This document shows, piece after piece, positions 25,301-37,215 of a stretch of 64,000 nucleotides of DNA. The stretch's first letter is position 1. Every line of letters begins with the position of its first letter. The DNA is from Octopus sinensis (lineage: Eukaryota). The DNA is taken from assembly GCF_006345805.1 (NCBI RefSeq), contig NC_043011.1, forward strand, positions 38,762,464-38,826,463, written 5' to 3'. Position numbers and translations under genes: made by a program. The notes under the pieces are model-generated. The model was given only the letters and a program-made list of their open reading frames with translations, made no database searches and was not told the DNA's origin.

Positions 25301-26912
25301 CTTGGGTCTACGTGGGGTGGGTGTAAATTTTGAACCTTTAGCTAAAATATGGATTTTTATTATGGAGAGAGTTTTCTTAGATAAGTTGATTATTTGGGTT
25401 TCACCCATAAGTTATGTTCCAACGTGTGTCTCTGTGTCTCTCTACTCTGTCTAAAAGATTGTTGTTTGTTGGAAGGGGTTCTCAGTGTTAGGGTTGTTAT
25501 TGTGGGAGTCTGTTGTGTAAGTGAATTGGTCGGAATTACCCAAATCCAATGATATTAAAGAAAATATTGCAGAATTCTGTAGAAAACTTCGATTTACAGA
25601 AAGACTAACCAGCTACAACGATGATGAAACCCTAGTGAAAAACAAAAGTAATTACCTACCACCCAAAAAGAAGAAATAAAACCCTAGTGACTTCTTCAAC
25701 CGCATCCAGAATGTTCCCCTCACTATCTATAAAGCAGAAATTGTACCTAACTTCAACAACCTACAATGGAAGCACCTACTGCAGCTAAAAAACGAAAAAA
25801 ACTGACAATCAAAGAAGCAGACAAAGGTAGTGCTGTAGTCCTGATGGTTATAGAATACTATAAAAACCTAGCATTTTTTATATAAAAAAAATCACTCCTT
25901 TTATGAAAACGTTGCAAATTGTAGGCAACAAAAACATTAAATAATCTTTCATCTTTAATACTCAAACAAGGAAAAGACGTCACAGAAAAAGAAAAAGAGT
26001 ATATCACAAACTTTAAATGCAAACGAAGCCTTTTCTATGACCTCCCTAAAGTCCACAAGAGTCAAATAAATACTAATGCCTGCAAATAAAATCAAGGTCT
26101 ATACATAAATATCCCAACTCCAGAAGACTTAAAATTAAGGCCTATTATAGTGGGCCCAGCCAGTGAAAACACACCACCTAAGCATTTTTTTGGACATACT
26201 ATTGAAGCTTTTCCTCAGATACATTAAAGGTTTCATTAGAGACGATCTGGTCATGCTAGGGCATCTACCAAAATCCACCAACGAAGAAACTCTATTAGTC
26301 TCTTTCGATGTCATCAACCTCTACACTAACATTCCACATGACTACGGAAAAGAGGCAATAAAATTCTAGTTAGAAAAATACTCCGAAGTTCTCCCGGACT
26401 GCATAAACCAGACTTTTGTCATTGAATCCCTGAAGTTCATCCTACAAAACAATTACTTCCTATTTGATGCAACATACTACCGCCAAAAATGCGGTATTGC
26501 GATGGGAACGAAAGCAGCGTCTGTCCTTGCGAACCTTATAATGGGTTTCTTCGAATCTACCCTATATGAACTTTCGCTCCAAAAATTTGGACCCCCATTC
26601 CACCACTATATAAGAGAAAACTGGAATAGGTGCCTAGATAATTGTTTTATCATCTGAAATGGAACCTATGATAAACCCCTGGATTTCAAATCCGCACTGA
26701 ACAATATAAACTCCAATATTCAATACACAATGGAATATAGTAATGAACAGCTCCCATTTCTGGTCCGTTCAATTCCATGTGGTACATGCCCATACCTCCG
26801 AATTTACATTTCAGCAAGGAGAAAATTCTCATTTAAGACCAACGTCACATGTGCTTCCCAGAATCTTATCTATGTCCTAACCTGCTCAGGTTGTGGCCAC
26901 AATTATGCAGGT
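25301..26912 (+). pseudogene. Decayed Penelope-like retroelement (RT plus partial GIY-YIG) with 5' inversion and internal deletion
   Basis: Plus strand: NDIKENIAEFCRKLR, LLVSFDVINLYTNIP, QKCGIAMGT, RCLDNC (dead YxDD), then CGTCP..NLIYVLTC..YAG. Minus strand 25301-25538: IINLSKKTLS..ILAKGSKFTPTP. Confidence 0.9.
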
Positions 26913-28109
26913 GTCTTATGTATGTATATATATACATACATATGTATGTATTTGTGTGTCTGTGTTTGTTCCCCACCATCGCTTGACCACCGATTTTGGA
27001 GCCTTTATGTCCCTTGTTACTTAGCGGTTCGGCAAAAGGGAGCGATAGAATAAGTTCTAGGCTTACAAAGAATATGTCGCGGTGTCGATTTTTTTCAACT
27101 AAAGGTGGTGCTCCAACATGGCCGCAGTCAAATGACTGAAACAAGTAAAAGAATAAAAGAATATATATATATGTATTATGTCCAGCGGGACCAGTAGCCA
27201 CTGAAGTTGGTCAACATATGAAGTGTGCTCAAACTGAATTCATGAATTTGGTATATCATTATTCCCAGCAACTAAAATAATTATGTCTCTTACTCAGCTT
27301 CCTGAACTCTTTATAGCGCAGCAAAAGAACTGACTTCTATCTCAATCCAAATCGACTTATCTATAGAGAAGTGGCCATCCGCAGAAACGACAAAACAGAA
27401 GCTCATTTTATTGTCAAAGACACCTCCTAGCCAAACTTCGAACTCACTGACAAGAAAATTATTAACAATATTTGTCACTAGACTTTTGATAAATCATTTC
27501 TTTTCGCAATATTCATAGCTGTATACATATAAAGGTACAATGATGTGTGAATAAATATATACATTTGTGTGTATGTATGTGTCTGTGTATGTATGTGTCT
27601 GTGTATGTATGTGTGTGTGCAGCTATATATGAATAAAATATGGAAGCACATATATCAATAATACATACAAACCACAAACATACACATTCACACACACACA
27701 TGTACACACACACGGATACACATGCTCACACAGATACATACACCTAAACAAACACATATACGTTAATATATTATCCTAATCTTGCTAAATATATTTTCAA
27801 AATTGGTGAAAATCTATATAACACGAGAAAAAAAAAATACGACGGAAAATATAACGAATCAAAATGAATGCCTAAGTTAGTCTATAATTTATATATTATA
27901 TTTTATAGGAAATCGTTGTAATATATTTTCTTTCAGTTCCACCATTTCGATATTATGGCAAAATATAATAACATATTTTATTTGCTTCCCAGATTATTTA
28001 CTTTTTGTCCTAAACATCGCACATATATTTGCCTGTTATATATTATATATTTGTATGTCTGTAGGTATATGTACCTACGTAAGAATGTGTGTGTATGTAT
28101 GTATATATG

Positions 28110-28171
<62 letters not shown>

Positions 28172-28284
28172 ATATATATACACACACACTTAGTACCATT
28201 ACTGTATATTTCGAAGCCTTTTCTTTGCATCTTTGCTTCTTACCATTTTTCCATGCCGATCACAAAGTTTGCTTCAATATACTT

Positions 28285-28336
<52 letters not shown>

Positions 28337-28491
28337 GTGTGACAGTGTGGTAAACAGCTTGCTTACCAACGACATGGTTCCGGTTCAGTCCCACTGCGTG
28401 GCATCTTGGGCAAGTGTGTTCTACTATAGCCTCGGGCCGACCAAAGCATTGTGAGTGGATTTGGTAAGACGGAAACTGAAAGAAGCCTGTC

Positions 28492-28530
<39 letters not shown>

Positions 28531-28750
28531 TGTATGTATGTTTGTGCGGGTGTGTTTGTCCCCCTAGCAGTGCTTGGCAACCGATGCTGGTGTGTTTATG
28601 TCACCGTCACTTAGCGGTTCAGCCAAAGTGACCGTTAGAATAAGTACTAGGCTTACAAAGAATAAGTCCCGGGGTCGATTTGCTTGCCAAAAGGCGGTGC
28701 TCCAGCATGACCGCAGTCAAATGACTGGAACAAGTAAAAAAGTAAGAGTA
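28337..28750 (+). mobile_element. Family-B SINE
   Basis: Head, central microsatellite and tail all recognisable. Confidence 0.85.
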
Positions 28751-28765
28751 AAAGCTATATATATA

Positions 28766-28817
<52 letters not shown>

Positions 28818-28907
28818 ATTTCAACAATTGAGGGTAAAATTAATTAATTATTAATCAATTTCACCAAGTATTCAGTATGTAAAGGGACCATTTAAGGCGA
28901 ATTCAAA

Positions 28908-29004
28908 ATATTACATTTTATAAAGGGCTTAGTAAAATAAATAAATTTTATAAAGGGCTTAGTAGTGGCAAAGTAATTTATTTTACTAAGCCCTTTATAA
29001 AATG

Positions 29005-29010
<6 letters not shown>
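28908..29010. repeat. 35-bp perfect inverted repeat with an internal partial direct copy, next to (TA)n
   Basis: ATATTACATTTTATAAAGGGCTTAGTAAAATAAAT ... ATTTATTTTACTAAGCCCTTTATAAAATGTAATAT. Confidence 0.85.
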
Positions 29011-29038
<28 letters not shown>

Positions 29039-29129
29039 AGGAAAAAAATTTTTTTTTTAAATGCAGAATGCTCAAATGAAAGAAAATTTTAATAAAATGA
29101 GAAATTGATAAAATATATAAATATATATT

Positions 29130-29170
29130 TATTCAATCGGTTTTCGTCATTGTATGACTTGTCAAGAATA
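29130..29170 (-). ncRNA. Hammerhead motif with U3-A8 core variant, 3' of the PLE
   Basis: UAUUC-UUGACAA-GUCAU-ACA-AUGAC-GAAA-ACCG-AUU-GAAUA; 5-bp stem I and 5-bp stem II; stem III imperfect. Confidence 0.55.
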
Positions 29171-29571
29171 CCTTGAGGTGTTAAGATCCAAAGGGATTAA
29201 GAGCATGTGTTGTATTGTTTAATTCAGCATGTTTGCCGGACAGGAAGTAGTAGTAATTGTGGTTCTGGTTCTTCAGTTCCTGTGTTGTGAGTAAGGGGAG
29301 ACAACTCTTTTGAGTTCTTCAATAAAACCCAAATTATAAAATTATCATTTTAGCTTCATTTGCGTTATCTTTTTTATATAATTGCTTGTTAACTTAACTT
29401 TCAGATTTTAACACTTTATTTATATTATTTTCTAATTATATAAATCTGCATAGACAATTGCATTTCAAATTGTCATATCATTTATAATAAAAATGATAGT
29501 AATAACAACAATAGTAAAAATGATATTTAAAGAATATAAGTTTTAGCTTGAAGTGATGAATGCATGGTATC

Positions 29572-30770
29572 TTATATATTTGTGTTAGTCCATCCATGAA
29601 GAGTGAGGTAGAGAAAGGAAGTTTGATCAACGAGGAGTTTGCATATTAAGTTGTGTTTGGAATTTTTCAATAAAGAGATTCTCCTTGTTAATTCTCTCCT
29701 GTGTGATGATCCCGTCTTTACATGGTAGAAGGGGAATATATAGAATTTGGGGTTTAAGTCTTTAGCACATGAGTCTAAGTGGTCACTCAGTGGAATTTGT
29801 CGGTATTCCGGGAGATTTATTTGTTCTTTATGCACCGTTACTCGTTTACGTAACGGGAGACTCGTTTGTCCAACATAATTATGTTGGCAACCAGCGCATG
29901 TGAGAACGTAGATAAGGTTCTCGGAGGAACAGGAGAAGTTAGTATTGATTTTAAACTTCGTACCTTGTTTGAAGGTAAATTCAGAGCCTTCAAGTAGAAA
30001 GGGGCAGGTACCACAGTTTGAGCGTGCACATTTTTTTACTGTTGGGGGTGGATGTGGTGTGTGAAGTTTGGCATTTGTCAAGAGTTTTTTTAAAGATTTG
30101 TGTTGCCTTTTGCATTTGAGGATTTTGTGTGTATTTATAATGTTTTTCATTTTTGGGTCTGTTGACAGTAAACTGAGGTTTTGTATGATTGTGGTGTATG
30201 CTTCGATATTTTTGGGGTTGTGGGTGGAAATGTATGGAAGTATTTTGAGGTTGTGTGTGGTGTTAGGTTGGGTGGTTTTCAGTGTAGTGTTGTCTAGTTC
30301 TTTGGCGCGTTTTATTCCATACTCTATAAGGGTGGAGGGATATTGACGTTGTAATAGTGTTTTTTTGAGGTCTTGAAGGCGTATTTCTCGTGTTTTTGGA
30401 TCCGAGACAATGGTGCATACCCTTTTAGCTAAATTGAAAGGGATATTGTCTTGGTGTGTTTTGGGTGGCATGAACTAAAGAGGAGGTATTGTTGTGAGTC
30501 TGTAGGTTTGTGGTAGATGTCTGTTATGATTTGGTTCTTAGGTGTTTTTATAATTAGGAGATCAAGGAATGGGAGATGATGTTTGCTTAATTCCATAGTG
30601 AATTGGATGTTGGGATGTATGTTGTTTAGTATGGTTTTGAATTCCAGGAGTTTTTCATAAGGTTCTTTCCATATGATGAAACAATCATGTAAATACCTTT
30701 TCCAGTTTTCCATTAGGTAGGTGTGGAAAACATGTCCAAATTTCTGGCTTGATATTTCATAGAGTGACAT
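29572..30770 (-). pseudogene. 5'-truncated Penelope-like retroelement ORF (RT C-terminus, thumb, CCHH, GIY-YIG), one frameshift
   Basis: WKRYLHDCFIIW (dead YLDD), LPFLD, DIYHKPTDSQQYL, HPKHT, frameshift near 30452, NIPFNLAKR, CARSNCGTCP, NLIYVLTC..YVGQT, HLDSC. Confidence 0.93.
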
Positions 30771-30842
30771 TCCTTACTTATCATTTCTCCACGTGCGGTC
30801 AACACAATCCCACCATTTATTGATCTATATATATATATATAA

Positions 30843-30934
30843 GAGAGTAACCACTATGTGGTCGACTCTAGCACTAAAAATATCCTAGCGGATCTATTTT
30901 TAGTGCTAGAGTCGACCACATAGTGGTTACTCTC
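30843..30934. repeat. Perfect 40-bp inverted repeat; third copy at 31461-31500
   Basis: GAGAGTAACCACTATGTGGTCGACTCTAGCACTAAAAATA, a 12-nt loop, then its exact reverse complement. Confidence 0.92.
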
Positions 30935-31517
30935 ATATATTTACGTATAAAATTTATTGTATTCCTGGTTTTTATGCACTGAGCCACTTGGTGTTGAGTT
31001 GAGGGTACTATTAAATTAGTATCCAATTTTCTCACCCTTATTAGTTGATTATATATATATATATGAAGTTTTTTATGGTGTGAAATTTGTTTCCCAACCT
31101 CCTACAACCTGGTTCAGTCCCACTAAATGCCACCTTGAGTAAGTATTTTGTACTATAGTCTATGTACCGACCAAAGCCTAGTGAGTGGATTTGGCAGACG
31201 GAAACTGAAAGAAGCCCATCGCATATATTCTTTTATTTGTTTCGGTCATTTAACTGCAGCCAAGCTGGAACACTTCCTTTATTCGAACAACTTGACCCAA
31301 CTGGACTTATTCTTTGTAAGCATAGTATTTATTCTATCGGTCTTTTTGCCGAACCTCTAAGTTACGGGGACATAAACACACCAGCATCGATTGTCAAGCG
31401 ATGGTGAGGGTAACAAACAAATATACACAAATACATATATGTATATATATATATATATAAGAGAGTAACCACTATGTGGTCGACTCTAGCACTAAAAATA
31501 TTTTAATCTTTTCTCAA

Positions 31518-31745
31518 GGCGGCGAGCTGGCAGAAACGTTAGCACGCCGGGCGAAATGCTTTGTGGTATTTCGTCTGTCGTTACGTTCTGAGTTCAAATT
31601 CCGCCGAGGTCGACTTTGCCTTTCATCCTTCCGGGGTCGATAAATAAAGTACCAGTTTCGCACTGGGGTCGATGTAATCGGCTTAATCCGTTTGTCTATC
31701 CTTGTTTGTCCCCTCTATGTTTAGCTCCTTGTGGGTAATAGGGAA
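31518..31745 (+). mobile_element. Family-A SINE
   Basis: Canonical head and body. Confidence 0.85.
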
Positions 31746-32470
31746 ATATATATATATATATATATATACGATGGGATTTCTTTCAGTTTCCGTTTACCAA
31801 ATCCACTTACAAGGTTTCGGTCGGGCCGAGACTATAGTAGAAGACACTCTGTAGGACTGAACCCGAAACCATGTGGTTATAAAGTAAGCTTCTTACCACA
31901 CAGCAACTCCTGCGCCTCTGTATATACACACATATATATAATCGTGTCTGTATGTGCGTGTATCTGTATGTGGTAAAACTTGGTGGGTTATCTTTTGTCC
32001 TATACACTTTTTCAGTCATTTGACTGCGGCCATGTTGGAGCCCCGCCTTGAAGGGCTATAGTCGAACAAATAAAGCACAGGACTCACCTCCTTTTTAAGC
32101 CCGGTACTTATTCTATCGGACTCGTTTAGCCGAACCGCTAAGTTACGTGGACGTAAACACATCAACACCGGTTGTCAAGCAATGATGGTGGGGACAAACA
32201 CAGGCACAAACACACACACACACGCACATGTATATATGTATATATGTATATATGTATATATATATATAGTTGCACACACGTGACCATCGTCCATTTTTCT
32301 TTTTCTTCAGGACTGTCCTAAAGACTGGACGTATTCTATCTCATTCTTCCATCTTTTCTCTTTTCAAAGAAAATGTATCTCCAGCGCTCGCTATTTCACC
32401 TTCGTTCTGGTCTAACGGCCCTCCATGTTTGGTTTCGTTCGGTTTCCTTGTATGTCTCCACTGTCCTGTT

Positions 32471-32503
<33 letters not shown>

Positions 32504-32952
32504 CAAGACAGCGGAATAGCAGAGCCGTTAGCGGATTGGCTTGAATGCCGTATCATATTTCTTCCAACACACTGTGCTTCGAGTTCAAATTCCATTGTGA
32601 CGGAATTTATCTATGAAGTTCTCAGGGTGATTGAAAAATCATATCACCTGAAGGTTATAGAGTGGCGGAATTGTGATACCCTTTAGACAGGATGCCTGAC
32701 AACGTGAATTCCGAGTTCAAATCCCGTCCCGTTACCGGAACCCCTACCTAAAATCCACTGCAATTGCTCTCAGGAGTTTTGACCGACATACGACATCGGT
32801 AATTTGAAGAAGGTAAATGTATTGATATCTAGTTTTCTTGGCTCAATTGAGAAAATGACGGCCGGCGTCTATGTAAGCACACATATAAACAAAATTGCAA
32901 TCAACTGCTTATGCAAAAATATTCCAAACAGGCAAATTCATCTAATGATTTA

Positions 32953-33380
32953 GGCGTGGCTGTGTGGTAAGAAACTTGCTTTCTAACCACATGGTTCGGG
33001 GTTCAGCCCTCCAGCGTGACACCTTGAATAATTGTCTTCTACTTCGGGCCGACCGAAGCCTTGTGAGTGGATTTGGTAGAAGGAAACTGCGAAGAAGTCC
33101 GTCGTATATATGTACATAGATATGTATATGTGTTTGTCTTTGAGTCTGTGTTATTCCGCACAATCAACCGCTTTTCATCCGGTACTAGTGTGTTTACGTA
33201 CTCATAACTTCAGAGGTTCGGCAAATGATACCATTAGAATAAGTATAATTTTAAAATATGACCCCAGGACTCATTTAAAAATTTGACTACTGGGATCGAT
33301 ACATTCGACTAAAAATTTTTCAATGTGGTGTCCCAGTACGGCTGCAGTCTAATGACTGAAACAAGTAAAAGATAAAAGAC
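32953..33380 (+). mobile_element. Decayed family-B SINE
   Basis: GGCGTGGCTGTGTGGTAAG head through to GACTGAAACAAGTAAAAG tail. Confidence 0.75.
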
Positions 33381-33415
33381 ATGGAAAGTCATCAGATACA
33401 CTCACATGCACCCCC

Positions 33416-33450
<35 letters not shown>

Positions 33451-33455
<5 letters not shown>

Positions 33456-34724
33456 GTAGCCCCATATATAATGCGGATTTTCAATTGCATGAAGTAAAAG
33501 TCGGAGGAGGACGGCATAAACTACCTGTATCAACTTGCTATGAAAACATGGTAGTAATTTTACCTTGTCCTTATTCTTAGTGCAAATTTTGAAGTGTACA
33601 GTTCGATTTTAACAGTCATCTTTTCGGAGCTATAATGAAAGTGACAAAACAGCATATTCGGTATATTTGGCTTTTATGAGTTCAACAAAAGAAACAACGC
33701 AACAGAAAGTGCGAGGAATATTAATGCAGTATATGGGGATCGGACAATAACCGTAAGTCAGTGTCAATGAGAGTTCCAGAAATTCTGAGCCGGAAACTAC
33801 AGCCTGGAAGACGAACCTCATCCTGGAAGATCTTTGGAACTCGACGAGGATAATCTGCAAACTCTGGTGTGACAAAATTCCCTCGTAACCTTTGAGGAAG
33901 CTTGGATTTGGACATTGAACTATTTATCGACACCTGCATGCTCTCGGAAAAATCAGCAAATTGTGTCAATGGGTTCCTCACAAACTTTCTGGGCTTAATC
34001 ACTCGCAGAGAGTGAATGTGTGCACTTCTTTGCTGTCATGTCTCACGAATGAACCTTTCTGGACCGAATAATGATTAGTGACGAGAAACGGGTTCTCTAT
34101 AAAAATGTCAAGTGCCGAAGACAGTGGGTAGGGAAAAGTGAAACACCAGCACCTCAGGCTAAAGAAGGTCTTCATCCACGCAAGGTGTTGTTATCTGTTT
34201 GATGTGATATGAGAGGTTTAGTCCACTTTGAACTTTAAACCCAAACCAAACGCTAACAGAGATCTACTGCGAGCAATTTGAGCGGCTTAAGTCAGCGCTA
34301 GAAGAAAAACGACCATCTTTTGTTTCAAGACGAAAGGTGTTCTTCCGAGTATAAATTCTCGGCCACATACAGCGAAGATGACATTTCAAAGGCTGGAGCA
34401 GTTTGAAGGAGAAACGATGCCCCATCCACCATATTCGCCGGACATTGCCCCATCCAGTTATCGTTTATTCCGCATTTTTCAAAAATCATTTGGACCGAAA
34501 ATATATGAATTCTGTAAACGAGGTCAGAACAGTATGGGAGGAGTATATTCCGTCATAGGCAAGTGAATTTCAGAAGAGGAGCCTTGCAAGTCTACCAGAT
34601 AGATGGAAGAGCATTGTAGAAAATGAAGGAGAGTATATTTTAGATTAAAAAAGAAGTTTGTTTATATTAATTTTGAAAAATAAACGAAGTATTAAAAAAA
34701 CCGCATTATTTATGGGATACATAT
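33451..34724 (+). mobile_element. Full-length decayed mariner transposon
   Basis: TIR-like ends GTAGCCCCATATATAATGCGG / CCGCATTATTTATGGGATAC; fragments MKVTKQHIR, CQWVPHKL, SDEKRVLY, PHPPYSPDIAPS; many stops and frameshifts. Confidence 0.9.
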
Positions 34725-34725
34725 A

Positions 34726-35238
34726 TCTATATATATAAAACTGTAGTTGTGTGAGTGTCTGTCCCCTTCGATTTAGATTCCTAATTACTCCCACATTTTG
34801 CGGTGCAGTTTAACCAAATTCGGGTATCTTATAGTCGTGATTCATATCGAGCCCGTCTGAGTATTAGCGCGCGTCTACGATGAGTCTACGATTTTAAAAA
34901 TAATTTAACATCATTTTTTATTCCATTTTAATGCATAATTTTTCGTGTGTCGATGGCGGCGGAGTTGGCGTCCATGGTCACACCTGCACCTGTTTGCTTC
35001 TCCCCCTTCTTCCCTCCCTCGTGAAGCTGTGGGGAAGGGAGTGTAAGGAAATCAACGTCGTAAAGCGTTGTCAAGGAGACCAGCGTTCTTTTAGAACAAC
35101 GACTTCATGGCTTGAAGACACCAAAACAGAAATGGCTAAGAAAGCCCGAATTGGCATCAATAAGGGAAGTAACTCTCTAAAAATGCTTATATAGTTATTT
35201 CCCTTACAAACCCGAGCAACGCCGGGCGATACTGCTAG
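34726..35238 (+). mobile_element. Non-autonomous Helitron
   Basis: A|TCTATATATATAAAA 5' end; 3' hairpin CCCGAGCAACGCCGGG followed by CTAG|T. Confidence 0.75.
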
Positions 35239-35634
35239 TTTTATTTACGTGAAACCCAGTGAAATGATTTGTATAAAGAATGAAGAAACGTAATTGAAAA
35301 CATTACTTTTTAAAAACACACCGACGCTCTTTCTCTCAAACGTATGCAGGCATGGACACATGCAAGTCATGCAAACGTTCACACGCATATACACGCCTAT
35401 ATTTTATTAAGCGATTAACTTACTGAGTTAATCTTGTTTCAACTATATTTTGTGATAAGATTCTCTTGAAATCGAAACTGGATTTAGAATGTATTTTTAA
35501 TCCAATAATCAAATAAAGAATACAGCACACTTTACTTGCCCATATAGTATATTCTTGGCATCTGGAAACGTTTGATTCTTCCTCCGAAAACAGGACACTG
35601 TTATCTATGTGTCTATCAGTTTCTATCTTCTACT

Positions 35635-35826
35635 TGTTTCGGTCATAACACTGCGGCCATGCTGGAGCATTTTCTGGAAGGATTACAGTCGAGCGAATCA
35701 AAGCCATTACTTATTTCTTTTTAGATCCTGTGTTTCGGTCATAACACTGCGGCCATGCTGGAGCATTTTCTGGAAGGATTACAGTCGAGCGAATCAAAGC
35801 CATTACTTATTTCTTTTTAGATCCTG
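35635..35826. repeat. Exact 96-bp tandem duplication within a SINE-B tail
   Basis: TGTTTCGGTCATAACACTGCGGCC... starts at 35635 and at 35731. Confidence 0.9.
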
Positions 35827-35993
35827 GTACTTATTATTTCACTCTCAATTGCCGAAGCGTTAGATTACGGTGGCTGTGTGGTGAGAAGTTTGCTTACAAA
35901 TTACATGGTTTCTGGTTCGGTCCCACTGTGCGGAACCTTCGGCATAAGTCATCTACTATAGCTTCGGCTTGATCCTGTATGAGGATTTGGTAA

Positions 35994-36041
<48 letters not shown>

Positions 36042-36243
36042 GCATATATGGGTACAGGACGTCACCAATAGTAAACAACATGAAATATGAGAAAACACAT
36101 GAGTTCAATGCGCAAACAACGAGAGAAACAAATGAACTTGGTGACCTTCTGATTGTTTCCGTATGTTTGTGCAGCTATTTTCTTTTTACATTATTAATTA
36201 ATGGAACTCTACCTACCCTTGACTTTATTTACAGTGAGCAGTT

Positions 36244-36285
<42 letters not shown>

Positions 36286-36422
36286 ACATATTTATATATA
36301 TTTTTTATTTATATTTATACATCATTCTCCTATTTCCTTATATACTCCTTATTTCCTTCCTTTTCCAAAATATCTCCTTATATTGAATCCTGATACTACC
36401 CTCTATTTAAACATCTCACATC

Positions 36423-36470
36423 GTCTCTGATGAAGGGATATCCTTAATATCTCAGACACAGCTGTAAGAC
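36423..36470 (+). ncRNA. Decayed minimal hammerhead motif (pLTR-type)
   Basis: GUCU-CUGAUGA-A-GGGAUAU-CCUUA-AUAUCUC-A-GACAC-AGCU-GUA-AGAC; GAAA changed to GACA; palindromic stem III ACAGCUGU. Confidence 0.6.
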
Positions 36471-36693
36471 TAACTTTCTCTTTATAAATGTCCTGAAAAT
36501 TCCACACAACCTTGGCTTTGTTGTCTAATTATATCTAACATGTATATACATGTATGTATGTATGTATGTATGTATGTATGTATGTATGTATGTATGCATG
36601 TATGTATTTATGTATGTATGTATGTATGGTCATCTAAGAAAAATGCACGCGTTTCTTTGTTAACGCAGTGGGTATACTAGTATTTATATTATA

Positions 36694-37078
36694 CTAGCAG
36701 TATCGCCCGGCGTTGCTCAGGTTTGTAAGGGAAATAACTATAAAGCATTTTTAGAGAGTTATAGCCAAAAAATAGCAAAAAAATAGAAAAAAAATGATGG
36801 TAAATTTTTTTTGAGAGTAAAAAAGGTTGAGTTGCGTCCCCTAGACAGTCTGTGGTTTATTTTTTTTGATTCTCGACCCCATGTCGAATTTATCGATTTT
36901 TTTCAGAACTGGGGGAACTTTTCAAAATTTTCGCTGCGTTAGTTTTGAATTATGACATTGGGCTATGTGTGTGTCAAGTTTCATCAGAATCGGTTGAAAG
37001 CCGTGGTCAGAGTGAGGGTACAAGCAAACAGACACACAGAAACACGCACAGACAAACTGCCGTTTATATAGAGAGAGA
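36694..37078 (-). mobile_element. Non-autonomous Helitron
   Basis: Same 3' end (ACTAGCAGTATCGCCCGGCGTTGCTC on the plus strand) and TC 5' end as 34726-35238. Confidence 0.75.
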
Positions 37079-37109
37079 TAGTAGTATCATCACAGATCCA
37101 TTGCAGGCG

Positions 37110-37215
37110 ATGTAACCAATCAGTTTCGCTCACGAGTTAGGCGATAACCTAGGACGGCGCACCTCAGAAGGGCCGGTATAAAAAGGGTTGGTTTGATAAC
37201 CTAAGACGGCTCGCT
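37110..37215 (+). promoter_or_regulatory. CCAAT plus TATA core-promoter-like arrangement
   Basis: AACCAATCAG (CCAAT at 37116) about 60 bp upstream of GGTATAAAAAGG (TATA at 37177), in a locally GC-rich stretch. Confidence 0.3.
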
